Both the position numbers and the translations under genes were made by a program. A stretch of DNA of 64,000 nucleotides from Diplonema japonicum (lineage: Eukaryota; Protista; Euglenozoa: Diplonemea), in contig OZ025679.1 of NCBI GenBank assembly GCA_964019335.1, forward strand, positions 434,001 through 498,000, in the 5' to 3' direction. Below, piece by piece: positions 44,571-57,328 of the stretch. The notes below the pieces were generated by a model. The model worked only from the letters and a program-made list of their open reading frames with translations, did no database searches and was not told the DNA's origin. The stretch's first letter is position 1. Each line of letters opens with the position of its first letter.

Positions 44571-47500
44571 GTCGGCACTTGCATAATTCTTGTTTATCTT
44601 CTTCCAAAGAGCTCCTTTTAACCGATCTGATAACATCATAAAAACCCTTTCACTTGCGCTCAAGACAGTTTAGCTTTGAGCAGGCAAATAGTACATCCGA
44701 CGTCGTAAGATGTGGAAAAAAGAAGGGGGGAAAAGAGCTGAACAAAAAATGTCAATCAAGGGTCTTTTTATCGTTTTTATAGTTTACCCCTATTACCCCT
44801 CCCCCCCTTGAACTTTTCTTCATCCACACGGAATGCTCCGTAGTGGGGTGCACTCTCTTCAGAAGCTTTGTTAGTGCTTAGCGGTGCGTGTTAAACAGAA
44901 TACACGTTGTCCTTTCATTTCTTCTTGATCTTTTCACTCCCCCCCCCGGCATTTTTGTTGAGAATTAAGAATCGAGGCACAGGCACATAGCCTCATCTCA
45001 ACCCCCTCCCTCCCCTTCCAATGAGCTACTTCGATATTTTCGCCAAGAGCACATATGACACCCCCCCAAAAAAAAGAAATAGGGAGTATTTTTTTGAGGT
45101 GGTTTCTAACTCTTTTTTTGTGCATGGTTTCCTGTAGCTTTTTGCTTTTTTTGGGGGGGGTGTTCAAACGGAGAAATTTGGGTAGATTTGGTACTTTGCG
45201 CGATGGATTGTACCAGAATCGCCGGGTTTGAGCGTTGAGGGGCTGTGACATGAACGAAGCATTAAAAGCACAGTCGCTGTTGCGGCTTTCACCTCTTTCC
45301 CTGTTGTCCCCAGAGACATAGGCGTTCACCCAGTTATTGTGTCCGATAAGCAGTGCCGGATGCACTATGGGAAAAAAGAAAGAAAGAAAGAAGTAACAAA
45401 TACTACGAGACTATTTTTTTTTTTTTTTTTTTTTTTACAGTAGTTATAAAAGAAAAAGAAAAGAAAAAAAAAAAGAAATTAAAAGATCAGCTCGACCGGT
45501 TCATGGCAGGTGAGGTGTTACACACTCACCCTTTTTTGGGATCTTCCCCATCATTTTTTTATTTCTTGAAATGAAGATGAACCTCATAAGCCTTTATAGG
45601 CTCGCAAAGATGCCTACTATTCAGAAACCCCCCCTCCCCTCTTCCCCTCTTCATTCTTGCTATTTTAGCGGCAGCGCAGCATTTCAGCGGCAGCATGTGT
45701 TGCATGGAGCCATCGGTGCAAGCTGCAAGAGGCGGGATGAAGGTGGGCCTGTCACTCCATGGTCTATGGCCTATATCTTTTTGGGTGGGATAACATGAAA
45801 ATATAAGAAAAACATCAGATGTGTTGTTCGCTGTTGACCTCCTCAGGAAACAGAATTGCGAAGGAAACGCGTTTTCTTAAGTATTTGAAAAATAAGGAAA
45901 TAGATACGGAAACGTTTCCCGGTTTCTTGCCAACATAGCCCTAGGGTGGGGGTCACACGGTAGTGGTAAAATGGGTTTTTCAATTTCGCCGGTGCAGAGT
46001 ACTGGAACCACCTAATCCATGTAGTACACCCCTTTTTTGACCAAAGAATTGATTTCCGCCCAAATCTGGGCACTTTTGGGCACCTGTGGGGCATCATTTC
46101 GCACCTTTAAAAAAAGGTGACCACGGTTTTATACCTCGCCTGTTGTCTCCCCTGTATTCCTCTGATTTTTTCTGAAAACTTAGAATTTTGACATGGTTTG
46201 TACCTCCCTTTGAACGCGGCTCTTTAGGACGTCACTACCGTTTGAACGGCAGAGTACAGTCTTGAGTGTCAGATTGCGAACTTTTCTGTGTTTTGCGCGA
46301 ATGTGAATATCTATCATTTTCCCGAGGGTAGGATGGTGAGTCTGTTTCTGCAAATATTTCAGGTACCAAACCGTAGTCACTGTTTTCAAAAATACAAATA
46401 AAGTATTAACAAGTGCTCAGGAGTGGAAGGGTGCCCTAATCCGGCAGAAATTTTTTTGGTCATTTTAGAGGGTATGGACCGGCACGTACAAACAACGGCC
46501 AGTTCCTCTTTTTAAAATTTTACCACGTTTTTAAGGGGAGTGTGACCCCCCTATCCCCCCCCCCCCCCCCCCCCTAGAGAAAGAATTTCTGCAGACGGCG
46601 GTTGGGTTAAATTAATCTCCTTCCTCGAAAGCAAGATTCTTTTCTATCTTACCCTTCTTCCTTACGTTACACCCTCGAATCCCCTCCCCCCTTTTTTTTG
46701 AACACAGGAACATTTTGTGGTTTGTCAAAAAAAAGAAATCACGTTACAAAGGTTCTCGGCCACTGAGATACCTGGCACTGCCTTCACGTACTTGTGTCCG
46801 TTTTTTGTATGTATGCACAGGGCCCACCACTCACTATCGTTATCTGTACACAAACTGTTTTAGTACTTCTAAGAAAGTTGTGCAGGCTAAATACTCTTTT
46901 ATGTTTTTTTTTTCTCTCGTTTTGACAATATTGTTGTCGGCGAAAAACTAGTTGATGGCAGCCCGACTGCTTAAAAAAGAATAATTTTACATGAAAGAAT
47001 ACCACTCGTGCGCACAAACAAATGCGGGTTTGCAACTCGTTTCGTTAATCCCTACTGTGGGTGAAAACGGCTTACAAACAACAATCGGCCGACTCTTTTT
47101 TTTTTTTTTTTTATACAAGAACAAATTGATTGGTCTAAACAAAAAGGGAACATTGGCAACGTGTTTCGATTTACAACTTCTACAGGTTTACCCAGCAACC
47201 GGCAGTTCTTCTTTTTAGGGACCACTGTTCCTTGTAGTTGTGGTAAGGGAAACCTGGACGAGCGGAGAGAGCCCCTTATCCCATTACATTGAACAGGGAG
47301 GTCGTCAGATGCAGCATCGCCCCATTAAAGTCGCGACAGCTTTTAGTAAGCTTTTTTTTTTTGTCCCTTCTGTTTTTTTTTTTTTTCTGCGAAAGAATTT
47401 ATTATTATTTTGTATCACAGTACCGAGGGAGGGGGAGGTCCTCTTGGGTCTTTAAAGAAATAGAAAGTGTTTTTTCTTCTTCTTCTTCTTCTTCCTTCTC

Positions 47501-47883
47501 TTTTTTCACTACTTTCAGTTTGTTCTTCTTATGCCCCCTCTTTTTTCTCTCGCGGGCCGTTCAGTGTAGGATTTAGTTTTTTATCTAATTATTTTCTTTC
47601 TTATTCTTCTTCAATTCTGTCACCCCTGCTTCCTTCTTCTATAGCTTACCTACACAAACTGTGTGACGTGTTGGGAGGCCTGCCGTCAGCGTCAGCAAAC
47701 TAAAATAAGGACGAGGACACTATCCAAATCCCCTCTCCCGCCTCTTTTATTGATAAGGTCCATAAGGTATTCGTTTATTCTTCTTCTTAGAACGTGTTGT
47801 GTTTCTTTGTTCTTCCGGTTTTTAGTATTCCTCTTTTTTTTTTTGAGATGAGATTTGCATACATCAAAAAGGAAGGGAGTAAC

Positions 47884-49437
47884 ATGAGCAGCGGTGTGAA
47901 GATCAGGTCCAGCTGGTCGGCAAAGGAGGGGACAACAATTCCTGCAGGCTGTGTGGTGTGTGTTTTATTCCCCCTCCCCCCCTCAGCAAACACTACAGAC
48001 ATGGATAGAAGACGATGGTAGTGAAGCAGCAGCACCAGCGACAGTGACTGGCGTGCCTGAGTGGTGTGGAGAGGGTGTGGTGCTGACTAAGCCCAGCTCG
48101 GGGAAGCGTTGCGAGCTGCTCATCACGTTCCCCAGTGTGCATGAGATCCTCGAGTGTGAGGTTGTCAGCAGTGCGCGCATTGTTGAGCTTTATGGCAGCA
48201 CCGAGGAAGAGGGCGACTGCTACTGGCAGAGCAGCCGCAGCAAGGAAGGCTTCGATGGGCTGTGGCACTGCCCTGCCCTCCTCCCGCAGGGCGGCACCAA
48301 GCGCGTCAGCTCTTCGCCCCTCGTCATCAAGCTCTTCTCCCTCAGCCCGCCCACCACCGCCTGCACCCTGATGGGCGTCCGGGTGCGCGTCAGTGGTAAG
48401 GCAACCAAGAAGCCCTCCGCCATGCCCCCCCAAACCCCCTCCCTCCATGAGATGGTCTCCCTTGCCGCAAGGTTCCTTAAAGGCGGTGCCACTGTAGGTC
48501 AGGCCCCCTCCACCGTGCAACCCCCCCCTGCAAACCTTGCTTCGCTTCTCTCCGGGCAGGCCGCCCCTCCGCAGCGCGCCAAGCTTCCCTCCCCGACATC
48601 ATCGTCACCAACCAACAGTGAGAGCATCCAGGTGCCCCTCACGACCATCACCCTCATGCAGCAGCAGATGAAGGAGACTACGAACGAGTACGAGAAGCGT
48701 ATGACGGCAATGGAGCGGCGGATGGCCATGCTGGAGGACAAGATACTGCCGAAGATAGATACTTTGATTACGCAGGTGAACAGTTTGCAGGGTGAGGTAG
48801 ATGCGCTCAAAATGGATAAGGACAAGGCACCCTCTACGCCAGTCCAGACTCCAAGCTTAGGTGCAGCACAGACGCCTTCGTCGAGTCTGGGCACGCCAGG
48901 GACCCCGTCGAAGAAGTTCATGGAGGCACGGGAGGAGAGGAGGAGGGAGCGACAGTCATGCCCTCCTGGGATGATCTCGCCTATTGGCGAAAAGAAGATG
49001 TTTGCAGAGCTCCGAACGAAGCAACGGTCCTTCTCGTCGATGGTACGGTCCAGCTCTGTCCCGACCGAGAAGCACCAAGACGTGAGCACTGCTAAGAAGT
49101 ATGTCCCGCACCACGCACCCATGTGTATTTATCTTATTCATCAGGTTCTTTGGTTTCTCAAACAACTCAGAGTTCCGAGAATGGGTGGAGAAGGCGTCCT
49201 GCGTTCCCAAAGCACCCGTCAACCCCCCTACCCAAAGAAAAGAATTGAGAAAACGTAGCAGCAGCACAGGAGCCAGGCAAGGCGACAGCGACGATAAGTC
49301 AGTACGGAGGTATGCTTCGACAGCACTGTGATATTTTACTCCACAGCCCTTCCGACATCCCCGTGAGAGGCGTCATGGCTTGCCAGCGGAAGTCAGGACC
49401 TCGGAGCCCTAATACACTGAGCTTCCAACTCAATTAA
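47884..49437 (+). CDS. hypothetical protein with N-terminal beta-sandwich-like domain (resembles PAAT/C10orf88 N-terminus) and coiled coil. Introns ~47956-47998 (boundaries uncertain), 49099-49144, 49310-49346
   Basis: VVSSARIVELYG...VIKLFSL motif. GT..AG introns chain the ORFs at 47884, 47951 and 49101 to TAA 49435-49437. Confidence 0.6.
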
Positions 49438-49593
49438 TAGATACAATGTCACTCTTCCATTAAGGTGGCGGCGCCTAAACTCCGCCAAAAGATTCTTTTG
49501 TTGCTCTTGTTGTTGTTGTTGTTATTGTTGTTGTTGTTCTGTTTATTGAGAATGGTCTGCGGCCCGACTTTGAGATAACAACAGGAACGCAAC

Positions 49594-50742
49594 ATGAGGC
49601 GCATTGGGGTCACAGCTGTCTCTGCGGTGGTTGCCTTCGGGTACCAGTCCGCACGGACATACTCGAGGGAGGCGACCGACACACTTGGTGTTGTTTCGTA
49701 CAACGTACTGAGCCCTGCCTTGTGCAGCCCTAAGCACTTCTACACGTGCAGCCCTGAGGATCTCGACCCTCTCGTCCGACTGGACAGGGTGAAGGTAAAG
49801 CTGGATGAGATGCTGAAAGAGGGCAAGGGAGTGATCTGTCTACAGGAAGTAGCTCTTCAATGGGCTGGTCCTCTTCACACTTATTTCGCTCAGCACGGGT
49901 ACCATCTGGTGTACGCTTCGTACGGGAGTGCGTTCAGCGACCACATGGGCGTGGCTGTGGCGTGGGACACAAACAGGTACAAAGCTCAGGATGTAGAGAT
50001 TGTAAAAGTGGCAAGCACCTTCAACGACTGGCCGAAGTCGCCGCCGCAGGGAAGATGGGATAAGTTAATGAACTGGTTGTTGAATAGGAAGCCTCCGAGG
50101 AATGTGTGGAATGAAGCAAGCTGGAGGAAGAACCAGGTAATCTGCGCAAGGTTGAAGGACCAAAATGACCGCCAGTTCGTTGTCGGATGCTACCACATGC
50201 CGTGCCTGTTCGGCAGCGACGAGTCTGTGCAGGTGATGAACATTCACGCACAGCTTGTTGCGGACAAACTGCAGACCTTCGCAGGCCACGACCCGTACAT
50301 CTTGTTGGGCGACTGGAACATCATGCCTGGCACGTCGACTTACGATCTCCTCTCTGAGGGTGAGCTGCCCGTGTCGCACCCGCAAGTGCCCCACCATATG
50401 TCAGGTAGCTGGGCCCCGTCAGTGGCACCCATGAGATCAGGTATTATCTCCCTTTTGACCATCACCACCACACCTTCAGCGTACGCCGTCTGCAACGGTT
50501 CCGAGCCAGTCTACACCAACCACTCGCAAACTAAAATGCCTGGCAGTGGCATGTTCACCGGCACCCTTGACTACATCTGGCTGTCCAAGAACTGGGAGGT
50601 ATACCGCTCTGAACAACGTACAACAAATATACAGGTCCTCAACGTCGTGCCCCTCCCCGAGGAGGTCCCCGAGAAGACATATCCCGTGGCAGCGGAGCCC
50701 AGCGACCACTTGCTTCTCGGTGCAACATTGAAAATGATCTGA
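49594..50742 (+). CDS. CCR4/nocturnin/PDE12-type EEP nuclease, possible mitochondrial presequence. In-frame introns 50441-50479 and 50599-50634
   Basis: SYNVL, ICLQEV, GDWN, FTGTLDYIW and PSDH motifs. Removing the two introns restores MRSAYA and WEVLNV. Confidence 0.9.
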   Translation: MRRIGVTAVSAVVAFGYQSARTYSREATDTLGVVSYNVLSPALCSPKHFYTCSPEDLDPLVRLDRVKVKLDEMLKEGKGVICLQEVALQWAGPLHTYFAQHGYHLVYASYGSAFSDHMGVAVAWDTNRYKAQDVEIVKVASTFNDWPKSPPQGRWDKLMNWLLNRKPPRNVWNEASWRKNQVICARLKDQNDRQFVVGCYHMPCLFGSDESVQVMNIHAQLVADKLQTFAGHDPYILLGDWNIMPGTSTYDLLSEGELPVSHPQVPHHMSGSWAPSVAPMRSGIISLLTITTTPSAYAVCNGSEPVYTNHSQTKMPGSGMFTGTLDYIWLSKNWEVYRSEQRTTNIQVLNVVPLPEEVPEKTYPVAAEPSDHLLLGATLKMI

Positions 50743-50923
50743 AAATTAATTTCTTTTAAAACAATTCCAGTAATAAACCTAGAATCTCCATGCATGCCTT
50801 CGGTGGTCTAACCCATCAGCCTGATGTCAGCAGTGTTCGAAGCCGGTAATGATACGTTTGCAGTTCTTTCTTGTTCTTTACAGCACTTCTTTCATCGAAT
50901 TGGACTTTGCAGGTGCACCAAAG

Positions 50924-53357
50924 ATGTCGCTCAATGCTGATGAACTAGCTGCACAGATAGCGGAGAGAAATGCCAAGATGGAGGCTATGAAGGCGGCGAG
51001 GTTGGCTAAGAAATCAGCTCCGAAGGTGTGATAATTTTGAAAAGAAAAGTTTAACAACAGACCGCGGCGCCTGCACCCCCTGCTCCTCCTGCCGCGCCAA
51101 CGCCTGCGCCTGCACCTGCAGCAGCACCTACACCACCTGCGGCACCCGCAGCACCCCCTGTCGTAGCCCCAGAAGCAGCGCCTGTACCACCTCCTGTGCA
51201 GGAACCAATTCAAGACTCGGTACCCCTTCCCCCAGCACCACCTTCGGTCCCTTCTGCACCTCCGTCACTGGTGCCGACACCCGTAACAGCCCCGACGCCG
51301 CCTCCTATGATGCCCCAGACTGATACAGCAGAGCTGGTCTCACTCCGCGAGCAACTCAATGAGCAGACCCTTCGAGTCAGTAAACTGACTGAACAGCTCT
51401 CCGAAGATAAGAGTGCGGCTACCGAGGTTGTCGGGCTGAGGGAGTCGGAAGCTGCACTGCAGCAACAAGTAACGCAGTTACAAACACGGCTCAGAGAGGA
51501 GACGGGGCGGTCGTCTGTGAACATGACTGAACTGCAGATGTCACAAACTAAGTACGCGGAGACGCAGGCAGAAACCAGGAGGCTAGAGTTTGAAGTGGAC
51601 CGTGTGCAGCATGACATGGAGAGCTTGGGTAGGCGGCTGCAGGTGCAGTTCGATACACGCGTGAGAGAAGAAGTGTTTCTGTGGATAGAACACATCAGAA
51701 TAGAGGTGGAGCAGGTAGAGGACCGTGCAGTGCTGGAGAAGATGGAAAGCGATAAAAAGATTTTCGAGCTATTAAAACAAGAAGGCTCGATCCACGCGGT
51801 AAAGGCAAAGACCATCACTGAGAACCACGACGTGCAGGTGCGCAAGTTTCAGGACGAAATCAAATCTCTGGAAGAGCAGCTTCGCGGGGCTGTCGACGCA
51901 CAGGCTAAGCATGAACAGCTTGCGGCGCTTGCGAGGCGGCAACTTGAAGACCACAAAGATCTTCAAGAAAAGGAGACAAACAACTTGCTTCTCGACAAGC
52001 AGCGCAGGATGCAAGAGCTCAAGAAATTGAACGCCGAGAAGGATGAGGCGGTGGCGAGGATCGAGCAGGTAGAGAACGAGACGACAGCGCAGAAGAAGAC
52101 ATATGATGAGATGCGGCTGCAGGTGGAGCAGCTGCGGAGGGAGCGGCAGGAGGCAGTGAACCAGCTGGCTGAAGAACGTGAAGACAGAATGAGAGCATTG
52201 AAAGGACTGAAAGACCAGTTGTTCAAAAGGGAACAAGAGCGTGATGAATACATCCGCAAGATCCCCGAGCTTGAGGAGGAAAGGGCGCAGCTCGAGGAAC
52301 GGGTACGGTCCATGGAGCACAGCCGCCGTGCGTTGGAAGAAGAAGCCAGAGTGCTGCGAAGAGAGAGGGAAGAGGCCGAGTCTAAGGTTGGTGAGGTACG
52401 GCAACAGTTTCGGGAGAAGCAGAAAGGTGACGAGATGGAGATCCTGAGGCTGCTGCGGAACGACAGGAGCTGGCGGATAGAAAGGGCAGAAATGGAAGAG
52501 GAGATTAAACGGCTGTCATCGGACCTTACGACAAAGACAAAGGACTCCCTTTCCGTGCAGAAGGAGTTTGCACACCTCGCAAAGAAGACGAACAAAGCAC
52601 AAAGAAAGCGTCGCGACCTGGAAAAAGAGCACTACGAGATGGCAGAGAGGCTGCACACGCTGACACGGGATGGGTTCGAGGCAAGGCAGGTCATGCTGGG
52701 AGAGGTGGCAGAAATAAAGAAACGGCACAAAAAGGCGGCGGGACAGTATGACAAGGAGGTGGATAAGATCAAGGACGAGTGGGAGACGAAGGTGAGGTCT
52801 CAAGAAGACGAATTGGTGAAATGCCATGTTGATCTGTCGCAGAAGAGCAAGAAAATTGAAGAGTTGAAATCGAAGGTGAAGGATTTACAAAGGATTGAGA
52901 AGTACTCCTCGGGGATGCGTGCTGGGACGAGCGATGTGCGTGACATGCCTTCAATGCTGCACAAGACGCAGGCATCTGCGTCGCCTCATGCATCGACTGT
53001 GGCAGGAAGGGGAACAACGCCTTTTGATACGTTTACAACACCTGTGAACGCCAAGGGCCCTTTGCCCACTGCTGCCACTGTCAATGATGATGACTTCGAT
53101 GTCTTCATCCCCGGACCTGCTCGCAGTGCCCCCCGCAGTGTGCCCGAGCCGCCGCACACCGACAGCATGCTCTTTGGAGGCACAACAACACCCATTCAGA
53201 GGTCCCAGCACTACTCACGCAACCAAGCCGATCCCCTGACCCACCCCCGTACAGTGGATTCTTTCATCGACTACTCACAGGTATCCTAGACATCAGCACA
53301 CCCACCACACCACAGAAGCAGACTGTATCCCCACACCGCAATATCTTCGCGCGGTGA
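50924..53357 (+). CDS. long coiled-coil protein with Pro/Ala-rich N-terminus. Introns 51026-51060 and 53281-53315
   Basis: Two 35-nt GT..CAG introns give a continuous frame. The body is rich in E/R/K/Q heptads. Confidence 0.8.
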
Positions 53358-53601
53358 TTACATATAAACCCGTAGGTGAATCCCCCCCCCCTTTTTTTTT
53401 GTTTTGAAGATTAGATTTGTTTTGCTCTTTTTTTTTTCCTTGTACGGTGTTATACTTTTTTATTTTAAATTTTTTGTGTATCTCCCCCTTCTCTGTCGTT
53501 CATGTCCCCTCTTCTTTGTTCACCCCCCTTTTCCCGTGTTGTTCCCCAATGCTTCTTGATCTAATTCACAACCAGGTGTCAGGGAGCCACGCACACGCTT
53601 C

Positions 53602-56600
53602 ATGGTGGGGGTAAGCTTGAAGTACCACTCCCATCATGATGTCTTCATTGTGGGATGTGCGGTGTATGGCGTGGTGATGGTGACATGTGTGGGGATGCTT
53701 GTGAACAGAAGGCATCCTAGGATACATAGGTTGTTGCCACGGTTGTTGGCGCTGAGCCAGTTGATGGCGTTTTTGTGGTGGCTGTGCTTCAGTGGGAATG
53801 AAGCGCTTGCTGATTTGTGGTCCAACATGGGGCTGTCGTGCTGGAGGTGGCAGATGGGCGTGCGGCTGGTTTCGTTTACCGGCTTCATGGCCGTTATGAT
53901 ATCACGGTCCGTCCTCGCCCATTCAAGGTGGCTCTCCATCAGCTTTGAGAAATATTCCAAAAAGCTTCTTATTATGAACGTTTCCCTTTTCTTCCTCTGC
54001 TTCACTATTGTCGGTGCCCTCTCCGTGCAAACAAATGATTCCGATAAGTGCACGCTCGCCACCTCCCGCTCCGTCATCATTTTCTGTTACGAAGCCTTGC
54101 TCCTCTTCGCCCTGGGCCTCTCCTCTACCCTCTTGACACGAACCATCTACCTCGACACACGAACAGACTACGCAACCCTCCATCCCAAGGCGTATAATGC
54201 TCTTGTTGACCTTGCTGGCGTGACCCTCATCTTTGTGATGTATCCCATCGTTTATGCAGGTGGCCACAGGGACTCGAAGAGGGAGCAGGACAACGTCTTC
54301 ACCATGATGACAGCTCTCGTCATCCCTGTATGCATGTTCTGGTTCCAGTTCATCCCTGCCGTCTTCGGGTACGGGTTACAGCTCCCCGAGATGCCTCTCG
54401 TCCCCGATCAGGTGTTTGATCATTCGACGGGCGCCTTCACTTCCAATGTCGCCTTCCTCCCGAAATTGCGGCGTGTCATCGAAGACGACCAAAACATCAA
54501 AAAAGATGGCAATCAACGGGAGCCAGGGAGCCCCATCCCCGTGCACGACACGGAGCGGCTCTTCGACCTCATCATACAAGGGGAGGTGGACGAGTGCAGG
54601 CACTTCCTCTTCGAGAGGGGCATCGAGCTCGTCAACGTGCCTGGTCCCAACGGGGAGACAGCGCTGCATGTTGCAGTGGGGCATCCCTCGCTTTCAAAGA
54701 ATACGAGACTTGAGATGGTCGACCTGCTTGTCGACATGAAGGCGTCGCTTGGAGCGCAGGACAATGAGGGCAGGACGCCCTTGCACCTCGTCGCCTCCTT
54801 GTCTGACCCTCACCTGCTGTGCCTCATGGTGCAGAGTGCTATGAAGAGCGCTAAGTTCGGCGAGGCTGGGAAGTCGCACATGACAAAGCTCATCAACGTC
54901 ATCGCTAACGACGGTTCAACAGCTCTGCACATCGCGACCCAGCTGGAAGACATGGGGACACTGACCACACTGCTCGGCCTCGGGGCAGACCCCGCGATAT
55001 GCTCACCTCCCCCCCCTGCAGTGAAGCCTGAAGACTGGGACACCTCCTACGAGGTGCAAGTGGGAGAGATAACACATGGCAAGGGCGCCTTCATCATCGC
55101 ATGCGAGATAGGATCTCTTGCTGTCGTGCAGCAGATGCTCACCTACTCCCCCAAGGGCTGCGACATCGAGCAGCTTTCGCCCTATGGCATGACACCCTTG
55201 ATGACAGTCTGCTACCTTCGCCACACGAAGCTTGCAATGTATCTACTTAAGCAGAACGCCAACGTATGGCACACCATGCCTACTGGCAGGTCCTCGCGGT
55301 GCCTTTCTGTGCTCCACTGCTGTGCTATAGGAGGTGATCCTTCAACGCTCCACGCTGTGGTATGTTTTTACTTTCACTACATTGTCACAGATAAAAGTCC
55401 TAGTCGGTGGGTACCAGACCCCTATGGTGGGCGGCACGGACACGGACACGCTGGAAAGATGCAGCTATTCCGAAAGTGACCTGTCTACCGCCACGCCAGT
55501 GGTGGGCAACGTCCCCCTCTCCTTCCCCGACCCGGTGCCTGTGCCGGTGCAGAACCACAGCATCGACTCGAAGTCACCGTCTTACACCGCCCAGCTGCTT
55601 GACCGGTATGCGCGTTGCAGTGTATCCTATCTCGTCACAGGTCGCTCCAGTTGTGTGAGCAATACCGGAATGATTCCCTCCCAAGAGTGGGCAACATGTA
55701 TCTCACCTCGCTACCCTCGTCGTCGCTCCTCCCTTCCTACAGCGAAGGTGCGGGGCTGTCGGGCGTTACAGATGATATCCGTGCCGCCATTACGATCCTC
55801 GCGACCAGAGGCGAGCTGGAGGTATGCAGCGACAGTGAGGCCAGTTGTTATCATAACCTAATCTTACAGCCCACGGAAGCCGAAGGATCGCTGTTGGACG
55901 CGCTTGAAGAAGTCTGGGAGGTGACGATAAACTGCTCTGTGGAGGAGTACGTTGAAACACAGCTGAACAAGTCCATGAACATGGAGAGGGTCCACGCCAT
56001 TGAGTGTGCTGCGAAGGCTGCACTCATGGACACGACGTTCCCGTTCCTGCTGGAGGTGCTGCAGCAGGACCAGTACCAATGGAACGGGGAGAACTTCGAG
56101 TCACCACTGACGGAACCGAAGGCCAAACAGCTGGCGTTGGAGATCAGACGGAAGGTGGTGAACCCTAAGATCACCGTGGAAAATGCTTGCATGCACGAGA
56201 TACGGTTGTGTGAGCAGGTGAGGGGACTACCTGAGGATGAGAGGGAGAAGATTCTGCGTGCATTGGATGTTGTGTGCAGGGCAGCGGGAAGCACATCTTC
56301 CCCAAAAGGAAAGCCCCCTCCTGCATCTCCTGTGCGGCCACCTTCTACACCGCAGATGAACCATAGGCTGCGCTCCTTCAGCGGCGCTTCTGAGTACACT
56401 CATGACAGCCCTGAGCACTACCCGAAGGACATCGACTGCCTCAACGAAGTGGATAGAATACCCATTAACTTGTATAGATACATTAACAGGCCTGATTATT
56501 GGGGGCGTAGTGCCCTGCACTGGGCTGTTCTTCGTCGCCATGTCGGGGTTATCTACCTCCTTGTTGCCCTTGGTGCCTCGACCTCCCTCAAGGATAGGAA

Positions 56601-56757
56601 GTCTCGGAGGCGGAAAGATATTCTTGGCCTGACGCCGCTTCAGTATGCTGATAAACACTTCGCGAAAGGCTCTTCTGGTGCCGTCAGTGCAATCAATGAA
56701 GCGCAGTCGTTGAAGGCGTCCCACGTGCAGAAGTCGGCCTCCTTAGGGAGACGATGA
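53602..56757 (+). CDS. 7TM (class C GPCR-like) protein fused to cytoplasmic ankyrin repeats. Introns 55360-55390 and 55606-55640
   Basis: Seven hydrophobic segments with RRHPRI, a TM3-leading Cys and C...YEALLLF...TR. These are followed by GETALHVA, GRTPLHLV, GSTALHIA, GMTPLM, GRSALHWA and GLTPLQYA ankyrin motifs. Confidence 0.75.
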
Positions 56758-57206
56758 AACAGGGAGTAAGATTTTTTTTTTTTTGTTTTGTTTTTCATGT
56801 TTCATAGAATTATTCCCCGGGGGGGGAATTCACTTAGTTCCCAGAAGAAGTTCTGAAATTCTACTTATTATCCCCCCCCCCCCCCCCCCAGGGTGTAATA
56901 AAATGGAATTACCAAAAAAAAAGAAAATGAGTTGTGCTTTTACCCCCCCCCCCCCTCCCCCCCGTGTAATAAAAGAGATAAGAATACAGAGGAAAAATAG
57001 AGATAAGAATTTGCAAAGAAAAGAAAGAAGAAGGAAAGAAAAAAAGCTATCAAAGGAGAACAGGAAGGAAGGAAGGGGCGGGGGGGGGGGGGGGAAACAG
57101 AAAAGGGTGCATCAAAATATTTCTGTGCGAGTTTGCTTTTTTTCTTTTTCTTTCGTTTGTTCTCTCTTTTTTTTTTTTTGTGGGACGCTAGTAGGAGCCA
57201 TTGAAG

Positions 57207-57328
57207 GGTGCCTCTCGCCTGATGAGGACAGCACCTGGAGGAGTTGCGAGATATGTCCGAAACTGAGAGTTACCTAGTACTGACCATACCCCCTCCCCTT
57301 CTTCTAGGGGCCTGCGGCTCTCGCGGAG
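57207..57328 (+). ncRNA. hammerhead-ribozyme-like core, apparently incomplete
   Basis: CTGATGA-GGACA...TGTCC-GAAAC (57219-57263) with complementary flanks. No intact NUH cleavage triplet was found. Confidence 0.35.

Noticed and set aside
44934-46560. Possible decayed mobile element in homopolymer-poor intergenic DNA
   Set aside because: No TIRs, TSD or protein motif that I could recognise.
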